A DNA stretch of 32,000 nucleotides from Miltoncostaeaceae bacterium (GCA_963721335.1 CAVRIV010000001.1:373757-405756); one strand, 5' to 3'; numbered from the stretch's first letter, positions 24,866 through 32,000 are shown. Program-made: numbers and translations. Notes: generated from the sequence alone by a model not told the origin.

Positions 24866-25681
24866 TTACCCGCCCTCAGGGGCGGCGGGGTCGACGTCGT
24901 CGCGGCGTCGCCGCGCGGTGATCAGCCAGGAGCGCGAATCGAGGACGACGCCGCGCTCGTCGCTGTGGTGCGCTGCGAGCATCTCGCGCAGGCGCTCGAC
25001 GGTACGGGCCGCCTCGCCGTCGCTCAGCCTCGCGAGGGCCGCGCTCGTGTCCTGGAATCCCCGCACGAACGCGAGCGCGGCATCGAGGTCGTGTCCGTAG
25101 AGGACCGGCTCGTGGACGTCTTCGAATCGGACGTCGTCGAAGCCGGCGGCCTCGAGGATGCTCGCGGTGGCCTCCGCCTCGCCGAGCGAGAACGGGTCCG
25201 CGCCCAGCGGCGGTGGCCGCGCCGCGTCGCCCAGCGCGGCGTCGATCGCCCGCGCCCATTCGTTGTGCTCGCGTCGCTGCCAGACGAGCAGCACCAGGCG
25301 CGCCTCGGGTCGAAGGGCGGCGGCGATGTTGGCGAACGCCGCCGGGGGATCGGAGAAGAACATCGTCCCGAAGCGGCTGATGGCGACGTCGAGGCCGGCG
25401 GGGTCGAAGCGATGCACCTGGGCGTCGCCCAGCTCGTACCGGACATTGTCGAGCCGTTCGGCCGCCGTGACCTGACGGGCGCGCTCGAGCATGCGCTCGG
25501 ACACGTCGACGCCGAGAACTCGGCCCGGCGCCGCGGCGCGCGCCGCCTCGCGAGTCGTCAGCCCGGTTCCGCAGCCGATGTCGACGACCTCGTCGCCGGG
25601 GCCGATCCCGTAGGCGGCGCGAAGGTGCTCGTGGTGAGCGCGCAGCTCGGCGTCGTAGTCCAGGCGGGTCGGCGCGGTCAC
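24866..25681 (-). CDS. Class I SAM-dependent methyltransferase
   Basis: GTG start. Motif I is VVDIGCGTGLTT, followed by VLGVDVSERMLERAR and a later ALRPEARLVLLVW. Confidence 0.85.
   Translation of the reverse strand: MTAPTRLDYDAELRAHHEHLRAAYGIGPGDEVVDIGCGTGLTTREAARAAAPGRVLGVDVSERMLERARQVTAAERLDNVRYELGDAQVHRFDPAGLDVAISRFGTMFFSDPPAAFANIAAALRPEARLVLLVWQRREHNEWARAIDAALGDAARPPPLGADPFSLGEAEATASILEAAGFDDVRFEDVHEPVLYGHDLDAALAFVRGFQDTSAALARLSDGEAARTVERLREMLAAHHSDERGVVLDSRSWLITARRRRDDVDPAAPEGG
24876..24946. repeat. Direct repeat copy A (3' end of the methyltransferase CDS)
   Basis: tcaggggcggcggggtcgacgtcgtcgcggcgtcgccgcgcggtgatcagccaggagcgcgaatcgaggacg aligns with 27979-28050, with 6 substitutions and 1 single-base indel by manual alignment. 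Confidence 0.8.
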
Positions 25682-25831
25682 TGACGCGATGCTATGGACT
25701 GGGCAGCGCGCCGGCGATCACGTCCCCGAGCAGCGGCCCAGGTGGCGCTCGGCCCGCGTGCCTCGCAATGTCGCCGCCTCGTGGACCGCTTCCGCTTCGC
25801 GTGCGACTTCGGCGTCTCGTACCGTTGCCGC

Positions 25832-26653
25832 GTGCGCTCCGCGCTCTACATCCCGCTCTTCGACGAGCTTGCAGACCCCGCGCTCGTCGCTCGCCTCTGC
25901 GTCGAGGCCGAGGAGAGCGGCTGGCACGGAGTCTTCGTATGGGACCACGTGCGCTGGCGCGAGCCCGTCGTCGAAGTGGCCGACACGCAGATCACCCTGG
26001 CCGCGATCGCCAGCGCGACCGAGCGCATCCGACTCGGCCCCATGGTCACCCCACTCGCGCGGCGCCGTCCGGTCAAGGTGGCGCGCGAGACCGCGACCCT
26101 CGATCGGCTCAGCAATGGCCGGCTCACGCTCGGCGTCGGCCTCGGCAGCGACCGGTTCGGCGGCGAATACTCGATCACCGGGGAGGAGCTCGACGAACGA
26201 AAGCGCGCACGGATGCTCGACGAGTCGCTCGAGATCCTCCAGGCCGCCTGGTCTGGAGAGCTCGTGGAGCACCGCGGCGAGCACTACACGGTCGACGCCA
26301 TGCGGTTCCTGCCGCGGCCCGTGCAGCGCCCAGGCGTGCCGATCTGGGTGGCGGGGTTCTACGGCAGGCCCAGGCCATTGCGCCGGGCGGCCCGGTACCA
26401 GGGCTTCTTCCCCGTCAACCTCGAGCACCCGGACCAGCTCGCCGAGATCGCCGCCGCCCTCGCCACGCTCCGCCGACAGGCCGGAAGAGACCCAGCCGAG
26501 ACCTACGACATCGTCGCCTCCCTTCCGCCCGGCGCCGACCCGGCGCCCTACCGCTCGGCGGGCGCGACCTGGTGGGTGGTCGAGTTCCCGGCCGAGGGGG
26601 CCACGGTCGACGGAGTGCGCACGGTCCTCCGCGAGGGCCCGGCACCACCGTAG
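25832..26653 (+). CDS. Luciferase-like monooxygenase (LLM) class flavin/F420-dependent oxidoreductase
   Basis: GTG 25832 gives VRSALYIPLFDELADPALVARLCVEAEESGWHGVFVWDH...LGPMVTPLARRRPVKVARETATLDRLSNGRLTLGVGLG. The upstream part of ORF 25694.. is Arg/Cys-rich and unlikely to be coding. Confidence 0.8.
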   Translation: MRSALYIPLFDELADPALVARLCVEAEESGWHGVFVWDHVRWREPVVEVADTQITLAAIASATERIRLGPMVTPLARRRPVKVARETATLDRLSNGRLTLGVGLGSDRFGGEYSITGEELDERKRARMLDESLEILQAAWSGELVEHRGEHYTVDAMRFLPRPVQRPGVPIWVAGFYGRPRPLRRAARYQGFFPVNLEHPDQLAEIAAALATLRRQAGRDPAETYDIVASLPPGADPAPYRSAGATWWVVEFPAEGATVDGVRTVLREGPAPP

Positions 26654-26856
26654 AGCGCTGGGACTGACGTTCCGTCCGGCCGGCGCCGGCAATGGCCGTA
26701 CGATCGCTTGGAGCGCCCACGACGATGAGTTCTCGTCTCGCGATCGGTCACGAACGGCGAAGCACACCGCAGAAGGAAGGAGAGCCCGATGTCGAGCCTG
26801 AGGGTGGACCTCATCACCGATCATCGTCGATCGCTCCGGCCCGACGGTCTGACGCC

Positions 26857-27420
26857 ATGCTGATCTACTCGATGAGCGTCTCGGTGGACGGCTTCATCGC
26901 CGACCGCGAGGGCGCGTTCGGGTGGTCGATCCCCGACGAGGAGCAGTTTCGCTTCCACATCACGCAGACACGCGAGCTCGGCGGCTTTCTGTGCGGCCGC
27001 AGGCTCTACGAGACGATGCTGGTGTGGGACACGGATCCGGCGCTGCGCGACGACGAGCCCGGGGCCGCGTTCGCCGACGTCTGGTGCGCGATCCCGAAGG
27101 TCGTCTTCAGCCGCACGCTCGACAGCGTCCAGGGCAACGCCCGGCTCGCCGAGGCGTCACTGGCCGAGGAGGCCGCTGCGGCGCTCGACGCGACCGACAA
27201 GGATGTCGCGATCGGCGGCGCCGGCCTGGCCGCAGCGGCGGTCGAGCTCGGCCTCGTCGACGAGCTGCGCATGTTCCGCTATCCGGTCGTCGTCGGTGGC
27301 GGCACGCCGTTCCTGCCGCCGGTCACCGAAGACGTCCCGCTCGACCTGATCGAGACCAGGACGTTCGGCTCGCGCGTGATCTACGAGCGCTACCGGCGCG
27401 TCCGCGATGACTCGGACTGA
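26857..27420 (+). CDS. Dihydrofolate reductase-family protein (RibD C-terminal domain-like)
   Basis: The product reads MLIYSMSVSVDGFIADREGAFGW....GRRLYETM..W....VFSRTL.......DVAIGGAGLAAAAVELGLVDELRMFRYPVVVGGGTPFLP. Confidence 0.8.
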   Translation: MLIYSMSVSVDGFIADREGAFGWSIPDEEQFRFHITQTRELGGFLCGRRLYETMLVWDTDPALRDDEPGAAFADVWCAIPKVVFSRTLDSVQGNARLAEASLAEEAAAALDATDKDVAIGGAGLAAAAVELGLVDELRMFRYPVVVGGGTPFLPPVTEDVPLDLIETRTFGSRVIYERYRRVRDDSD

Positions 27421-27610
27421 CAGCGCGCCGGAGGCCGGCGTGACTCTCGGAGCAATTCGGCCGCCCAGGGGTGGCCGGGCCAGCAGCCGCGGCAGCCGCT
27501 TGCCGCGCCGGACCCTGTTGTACGCTGGCGCGATCGGTGCTCCTCCTCTCTCGCTGCGCCGGTCTCTGAGGGGGGTGTCGAAAGTTCGGCGGGAGGCGGC
27601 TCGCGTCTCG

Positions 27611-27875
27611 CCCACAGATCCGTACAGATCGTCCTACGCGGACGGAACAGAAGACTGAGATCCCCTACGCTCAGGGGTTCCGTCACAGATTGCCCTCGTA
27701 GCTCAGTGGATAGAGCACAGGTTTCCTAACGCTGATTCCGGTCCCGTGACGGTTCCGACAGGGTGTGACATCGCCTCCCCATGCGGGGACAGGGCGTGAC
27801 CTCGGATGACGGCTCCTGGCCCACAGAGCCACCCACAGGCCCCCCTGACCCACAGAAACGGCTCCTGACCCACAG
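27611..27875. repeat. Array of short direct repeats around the tRNA fragment (candidate protein-binding / att-arm-type sites)
   Basis: CCCACAG occurs at 27611, 27820, 27832, 27849 and 27869. ACGGCTCCTG(G/A)CCCACAG occurs at 27809-26 and 27858-75. GACAGGG(T/C)GTGAC occurs at 27757-69 and 27788-800 (31-bp spacing), flanking the hairpin TCCCC-ATGC-GGGGA. CCTACGC occurs at 27633-39 and 27664-70 (31-bp spacing). ACAGATC occurs at 27614 and 27624, and CACAGAT at 27684. Confidence 0.55.
27692..27734 (+). pseudogene. 5' half of a tRNA-Arg(CCT)-like gene (acceptor 5' strand, D arm, anticodon loop); no T arm or 3' acceptor strand follows
   Basis: The sequence is GCCCTCGTAGCTCAGTGGATAGAGCAC-AGGT-TTCCTAA-CGCTG. 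The D arm is canonical for tRNA-Arg. Anticodon-stem pairing is broken (CAGGT versus CGCTG, 3 of 5 pairs). Downstream there is no GGTTCGAAT-type T arm and no CGAGGGC. Confidence 0.55.
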
Positions 27876-27978
27876 GGGCCGCCGGGCAGGCTGCGGCCCC
27901 GTCACGTCGTAGTAGCGCATGCGCGCGAGCGCACCGGGTCGTCTCGAAGGTGTCGCCGGCGGTGAGCGCCGGCTCGCG

Positions 27979-28050
27979 TCAGGGGCGGCGGGTGTCAACG
28001 TCGTAGCGGCGTCGCCGCGCCGTGATCAGCCAGCAGCGCGAATCGAGGAT
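27979..28050. repeat. Direct repeat copy B (orphan copy of the methyltransferase 3' end)
   Basis: tcaggggcggcgggtgtcaacgtcgtagcggcgtcgccgcgccgtgatcagccagcagcgcgaatcgaggatg. The minus-strand translation ILDSRCWLITARRRRYDVD compares with VLDSRSWLITARRRRDDVD in copy A. Confidence 0.8.
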
Positions 28051-28262
28051 GCTTCCCTGGCATCGGCACGCCTCGGCTGAGCTGGCCTATCGTCGCTTTC
28101 TGACCGAGGTCTGGGCGGCACCGGGCCAGCGTTCCTCGGACCAGAGCGGGACCAGCCCCGGGCGATCGTCAGGGAGCCGTCCTCGACCACGTGCCGGGAC
28201 GTGGCCGCACGCTTAGGCCCATGACGTGCGCCGGCGAGCTCGCGTTCGCGATCTCCGCTCAT
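27979..28262 (-). pseudogene. Decayed ORF downstream of the GDE gene, ending in a methyltransferase C-terminal remnant in another frame
   Basis: ATG 28262 overlaps the GDE stop as ATGA. Only about 21 central codons (AATSRHVVEDGSLTIARGWSR) keep high GC3. The last ~23 codons homologous to the 24866..25681 methyltransferase lie in a different frame. Confidence 0.4.
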
Positions 28263-30367
28263 TTCTGACGAAGCTCGACGACCACCCCGCCGGGGACCGA
28301 CACGAGCCGGGGGCCTCGGTGGTCGAGGTCGATCGAGAGCGTGCCAGTGGGGAACCGGATGCCGTGGACCTCGAGCGAGCGCACGTTCGGCGGCAGGGCT
28401 GGGTCGATTGCGATGCGGCCACGAGGGATGTCAGGCTCGAGCCCGAGCAGAGTCGTGGCGAGGGCCAGCGGCACGCCGGCGGCCCAGGCCTGCGGCCGAC
28501 AGGCGTTCGGATAGGGGATGGGCACGTCGTCGGCCCCGCGGCGATGGCCGCCGAACAGCTCGGGGAGCCGGCCGTCGAAGTGCCGGGTTGCGTCGATGAT
28601 CGCGGCCGCGAGGCCGAGGCCCGCCTCGTCGAGGCCGTAGCGCCGCAGCCCCTCGCACGCGATCGCCGTGTCGTGCGGCCAGACCGAGCCCGCGTGGTAG
28701 GAGATCGGGTTGAAGCCCGCCATGTCCGAGGACAGCGTGCGAAGGCCCCATCCGCTGGCCATGGCCTCGCCGGCGAGGTGGGCCGCGACCTCGCGCGCCT
28801 CGTCGACGGAGGGCACGTCGCACCAGAGCAGGTGCCCCATGTTCGAGGCGGCTGAGGCGACGGGCCGCTTTCGGCCGTCGAGCGCCAACGCGAAGAAGCC
28901 GGGCGCCCCTCCCTCACCCGGCAGCCAGAAGCGCTCCCGGATCGCCGCCCGCAGCCGCTCGGCCTCCTCGAGGAGGTCCGCGGCCGCCGCGTCCTCACCG
29001 AGCCAAGCGAGGGTCTCCGCGAGCTCGACACGGGCGCGGTAGGCGTACCCCTGCACCTCCACCATGGCGATCGGGCCGTCCGCGAGGGTGCCGTCGGGGA
29101 ACTGGACCGCGTTCTCGGAGTCCTTCCACGACTGGTTGCGCAACGAGCGCTCTCCGTGCGGCGAGTACTCGAGCAGCCCGTCGCCGTCGGGATCGCCGTA
29201 ACCGCGCATCCATTCGAGGGCGCGCCACGCCGCAGGGAGCAGTGGCTCCAGAGCGGCCCGGCTCTGCCCCCAGCGCCGAGCGACCCCGAGCAGCATGAGG
29301 AACAACGGCGTGGCGTCGACGCTCCCGTAGTAGGGACGTGCACCGCCCGCGGTGCCGCTTCCGAGCCAGGCGCGCCGGGTGAGGCGCACCTCGTGGAGGA
29401 TCTTGCCCGGCTGCTCGTCGTTCGCGGGGTCGTCACGACGGCCCTGACGCGCAGCCAGGCCGTGGAGGGTGTCCGTGAGAGACACCGGATCGAACGCGCG
29501 CGCCTGGTGCCCGGCGATCAGGCTGTCGCGACCGAAGAGCGCGACGAACCACGGGATGCCGGCGGCCAGCAGGCGCCGCATCGGATCGAGCGCGTCCGGG
29601 ATCTGCAGCGCCGACCGGTCGAGCGCGCTGCGCCGGCACGCCCGCCCGAGCGACGGCGGGTCCGTGCGCACGCTGACCGGCGGGTCGGTGCGCCGCCTCG
29701 TTGCCCCGAGGCGCGGAAGGCCGTCGGCGCCGCCTCCTGTCGCCCGCACCGACAGCCGCACGCTCGTCGAGGCCCCGCCCCGCAGCTGGAGGTTCCACGA
29801 CGCGCGGTCGGAGGTGAGCCGGCTCGGGGGCGGCTCGAGCGCGACGGTGGTCTCGAGTGAGCCACTGGTGTCGGTGAACAGCAGATGCCCGTCACGCACC
29901 TCGCCCGGCCGCTCAGCATGGTCGAGTTCGCCTCCCAGGCGCAGACCGCGCACCTGAAAGATGTCCGCGAAGTCACACCCGATGTCGATCGTCAGCTCGA
30001 GGGAGGCTGCGCCGGTCCCCCACAACCGCAGAACGAGCTCCTCGTCCATCCCTTCGGGTACCACCGAGCGCCGCCGCTCCACCTCGAGTGGGGCATCCGG
30101 GCCCAGGCCCGCAACGCTCGCATACGCGTGGAAGCGCGCCGACGGGGGGGCCACCATCCCCGTGATCAGATGGGCGGGAACCTCGCCGGCCACCCTGGCC
30201 TCGAGGCGGCTGAGGTGACGGGTGTCGCGGACGAGAAGGCCGAGCGGACCGGGGCCCATATCACCCCACCGATCGGACAGCGCGAAGCTGAGCCCGTTCA
30301 CGAGCGTGACGGTCTCGGTCAGCGGCGCGATGCTCGAGGTCGCCGCCGGCCGCCTCTCCGCGCTCAT
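28259..30367 (-). CDS. Amylo-alpha-1,6-glucosidase family protein (glycogen-debranching-enzyme-like, GDE N-terminal domain plus GDE_C)
   Basis: ATG 30367 overlaps the GT4 stop (ATGA). The product reads LVNGLSFALSD..G......GLLVRDTRHLS, AAGIPWFVALFGRDSLIAG, PGKILHEVR, YYGSVDATPLFLMLL, LRNQSWKDSENAV, VEVQGYAY, ISYHAGSVWPHD and RLPELF. Confidence 0.88.
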   Translation of the reverse strand: MSAERRPAATSSIAPLTETVTLVNGLSFALSDRWGDMGPGPLGLLVRDTRHLSRLEARVAGEVPAHLITGMVAPPSARFHAYASVAGLGPDAPLEVERRRSVVPEGMDEELVLRLWGTGAASLELTIDIGCDFADIFQVRGLRLGGELDHAERPGEVRDGHLLFTDTSGSLETTVALEPPPSRLTSDRASWNLQLRGGASTSVRLSVRATGGGADGLPRLGATRRRTDPPVSVRTDPPSLGRACRRSALDRSALQIPDALDPMRRLLAAGIPWFVALFGRDSLIAGHQARAFDPVSLTDTLHGLAARQGRRDDPANDEQPGKILHEVRLTRRAWLGSGTAGGARPYYGSVDATPLFLMLLGVARRWGQSRAALEPLLPAAWRALEWMRGYGDPDGDGLLEYSPHGERSLRNQSWKDSENAVQFPDGTLADGPIAMVEVQGYAYRARVELAETLAWLGEDAAAADLLEEAERLRAAIRERFWLPGEGGAPGFFALALDGRKRPVASAASNMGHLLWCDVPSVDEAREVAAHLAGEAMASGWGLRTLSSDMAGFNPISYHAGSVWPHDTAIACEGLRRYGLDEAGLGLAAAIIDATRHFDGRLPELFGGHRRGADDVPIPYPNACRPQAWAAGVPLALATTLLGLEPDIPRGRIAIDPALPPNVRSLEVHGIRFPTGTLSIDLDHRGPRLVSVPGGVVVELRQK

Positions 30368-31440
30368 CGGGGACCGGAACGGCTCGCGCGCGCCCCACGC
30401 AGCAAGGGCGCCATCACCCGCTCGTAGCCGTCGGCCATGACATCCGCGGAGAACGCTCGCGCGACGTGCTCCCGGCACGAGCGGCGGGAGATCGAGAGCG
30501 CCTCCCCGAGCGCCCGGGCGAGGGCCGGCGGATCCGGGCGGATCACGCCGGAGACGCCCTCGGCGACGACCTCCGGCACGGAGCCGCATGGTGTCGCGAG
30601 CACCGGGGTTCCACAGGCCATGGCCTCGATCATGACCATCCCGAACGGCTCGGGCCAGCTGATGGGGAACACCAATGCCGCCGCTCCGCCGAGCAGCGCG
30701 TACTTCTCCTCCGGGCCGATCTCGCCGAGCCACACCACGCCGGGGCCGATATGGGGAGCGACGGCGCTCTCGAAGTAGGCGATCTCGTCCGGCTCGCGGC
30801 ACTTGGCCGCCATCACGAGCACACGCCCGCAGCGGCGCGCGACCTCGATGGCCTCCCGAGCGCCCTTCTCGGGAGCCATTCGGCCGAGGAAGGCCAGATG
30901 ACCGCCGGAGCCGTCCCCGAATGGCACGCCGTCCAGATCGATCCCATTGGAGCAGACGCCGGCGAACGGCAGGTCGGGCGCGAGCGCGCGTTGGGCCTCC
31001 GAGAGCGCGACCATGCGGACGTCGGGCGAGTGGCGGACGAGCGCGCGGTAGGTCTCCAGGGCCATGCCCTCGAGCGGCCCATGGGCCACGTGGATCACCG
31101 GTGGTCCGCCGTCGCGTCCCAGCAGCAGCGCCCCGAGCGCTCCCGAGTGGTCGAGGATGAGATCGACGTCCCTCAGCTCCTCCACACCGGCGAGGGCGTG
31201 GTAGAGCTCGGCTCCCGTCAGGCCGATCGTGTCCGGCACCTGCGCCAAGGGACTGACCAGCGTGCCGCCGGGCAGCCGCGATCCCGGCGCCGCGACGAGC
31301 TTCACATCGTAGTCCCGGGCCACCAGGCGCTCGCAGAGCAGCCCCACCACCTGCTCGATACCACCGTAGGACACCGGCGGAATCGGTATCCAAGGGGGCG
31401 CCAGGACCCCGATTCGCGGACGTATCCGGGTCGAGATCAC
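30364..31440 (-). CDS. GT4-family (GT-B, retaining) glycosyltransferase
   Basis: GTG 31440 overlaps the upstream stop (GTGA). The product reads RIGVLAPPWIPIPPVSYGGIEQVV, FLGRMAPEKG and FPISWPEPFGMVMIEAMACGTPVLATPCGSVPEVV. Confidence 0.88.
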   Translation of the reverse strand: MISTRIRPRIGVLAPPWIPIPPVSYGGIEQVVGLLCERLVARDYDVKLVAAPGSRLPGGTLVSPLAQVPDTIGLTGAELYHALAGVEELRDVDLILDHSGALGALLLGRDGGPPVIHVAHGPLEGMALETYRALVRHSPDVRMVALSEAQRALAPDLPFAGVCSNGIDLDGVPFGDGSGGHLAFLGRMAPEKGAREAIEVARRCGRVLVMAAKCREPDEIAYFESAVAPHIGPGVVWLGEIGPEEKYALLGGAAALVFPISWPEPFGMVMIEAMACGTPVLATPCGSVPEVVAEGVSGVIRPDPPALARALGEALSISRRSCREHVARAFSADVMADGYERVMAPLLRGARASRSGPR

Positions 31441-32000
31441 GGGGAGGCCGACATCAGTCTGATCGCGTCGAGCAGCCCTCGCGCCGTCCGAGGCGGCTCG
31501 GACGCCGGTGCACCGATCTCAGCCGCCAGGGACGTGAGCCATCGCGCGAGGGGATCCGGCACCCCTGCCACCGGAGAGGACATCACAAGCTCCCATGCCG
31601 CGCCGCCGAGGGCGCAGATGTCCGCCCTCACCACGGCGCGTGGGCGGACTCGCGCCGCGGCTCGGTCGCGGAGCCAACCGGGCGGGTCCTCCGTCGTCCG
31701 CGCCACCGGGGCGCCCATGCCCGGCGGGTCGAGAAGTCGCAGGGCCACCAGGACGTCCCCCGCGGGGTCCACGTCGCGTCGAAGCTCGGCGACGCGGAAC
31801 CCGCGAGGACCCCTCGAAGGAAATGCGATCTCGACCGTCGCGTCGCCGCCGAGCTCGAGCAGGGGCTCGGTCAACCGGATCAGCAGACCGAGTTCCGAGG
31901 CGTCTCGCACGAACCCGGCGGCGCTGGCTCGACCCCGCGTGAGCGAAGCCGACATGGCCAGCGGGATCCTCGGAGCGCGCCGCCGCTCGGAGACCGACGG
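31437..32000 (-). CDS. PilZ-domain protein (putative c-di-GMP receptor), 5' end outside the window
   Basis: The frame stays open to the window edge. Translated upstream of the listed ATG 31955 it reads ..SERRRAPRIPLAMSASLTRGRASAAGFVRDASELGLLIRL.. This gives RRxxxR and, ~20 residues later, DxSxxG, followed by beta-strand-like VEIAF...FRVAELRR...VLVALRLL. A C-terminal ~80 aa of unknown function follows. Confidence 0.6.
   Translation of the reverse strand, partial: PSVSERRRAPRIPLAMSASLTRGRASAAGFVRDASELGLLIRLTEPLLELGGDATVEIAFPSRGPRGFRVAELRRDVDPAGDVLVALRLLDPPGMGAPVARTTEDPPGWLRDRAAARVRPRAVVRADICALGGAAWELVMSSPVAGVPDPLARWLTSLAAEIGAPASEPPRTARGLLDAIRLMSASP

Noticed and set aside
25694-25831. ATG 25694 as the start of the LLM oxidoreductase, and the antisense ORF 25718..26824(-)
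   Set aside because: The first 46 codons (MDWAARRRSRPRAAAQ..CRRLVDRFRFACDFG) are atypical. Family-typical sequence starts at GTG 25832. The minus ORF is a shadow.
27157-27998. ORFs 27157..27615(-), 27390..27686(-), 27407..27658(+) and 27726..27998(-), in the region after the DHFR-like gene
   Set aside because: They have mixed third-position composition, Arg/Pro-rich products, and overlap the tRNA fragment and repeat array. The region is treated as non-coding or decayed.
30368-31393. Upper third of the 1044-aa ORF 28259..31393(-)
   Set aside because: It is an alternative frame through the GT4 gene with an Arg/Gly/Pro-rich product. GDE-family sequence and the ATGA junction place the start at 30367.
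31953-31955. ATG 31955 as the start of the PilZ-domain gene
   Set aside because: The frame is open to the window edge, and the RRxxxR half of the PilZ signature lies upstream of this ATG. The gene is therefore reported as 5'-partial.

Overview
This is a very GC-rich (by eye >70%) actinobacterial-type chromosomal segment. Codon third positions are almost all G/C, so every real gene casts long shadow ORFs in other frames and on the opposite strand. I chose frames by third-position G/C versus first-position G patterns, recognisable motifs, and the 4-nt ATGA/GTGA stop-start overlaps that recur at gene junctions.

Layout:
- 1-2.2 kb: tRNA-Thr and tRNA-Met with a terminator hairpin, a frameshifted MFS-type transporter, a small ORF and tRNA-Tyr.
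- 2.2-8.1 kb: an orphan OmpR-family response regulator divergent from a Hanks Ser/Thr kinase (frameshifted near its 3' end). The kinase is followed directly by two tandem Xer-like tyrosine recombinases. Then come a PPOX-family protein and a secreted protein.
- 8.1-19.9 kb: one minus-strand chain of 11 genes. The order is STPK with a polytopic membrane tail, fhaA, fhaB, pstP, rodA, pbpA, pknB (4 PASTA), ddl, metallophosphoesterase, a small NHLP-like protein and a DUF4190-like membrane protein. tRNA-Leu sits upstream, as in the mycobacterial fhaA-pknB locus, but no pknA lies between pbpA and pknB.
- 20.1-23.6 kb: a membrane-anchored protein with a long disordered N-terminus, a DUF4446-like protein, pheA and an HNH endonuclease.
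- 23.6-28.3 kb: an accessory-looking patch. It holds two lipoproteins, small coupled upstream ORFs, a SAM methyltransferase, an LLM oxidoreductase and a DHFR-like protein. It also holds a 5' half of a tRNA-Arg(CCT), a dense array of short direct repeats, and a ~71-nt direct repeat that duplicates the methyltransferase 3' end 3.1 kb away.
- 28.3-32.0 kb: an overlap-coupled operon of a PilZ-domain protein (runs off the window), a GT4 glycosyltransferase, an amylo-alpha-1,6-glucosidase (GDE-type), and a decayed downstream ORF.

No CRISPR array, transposase or rRNA was seen. The most interesting items are the PilZ-GT4-GDE module, the repeat-bounded 3.1-kb islet with the tRNA fragment, the variant STPK/FHA cell-wall operon, and the kinase-xer-xer arrangement. 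All family assignments come from motif recognition by eye; no database search was run.
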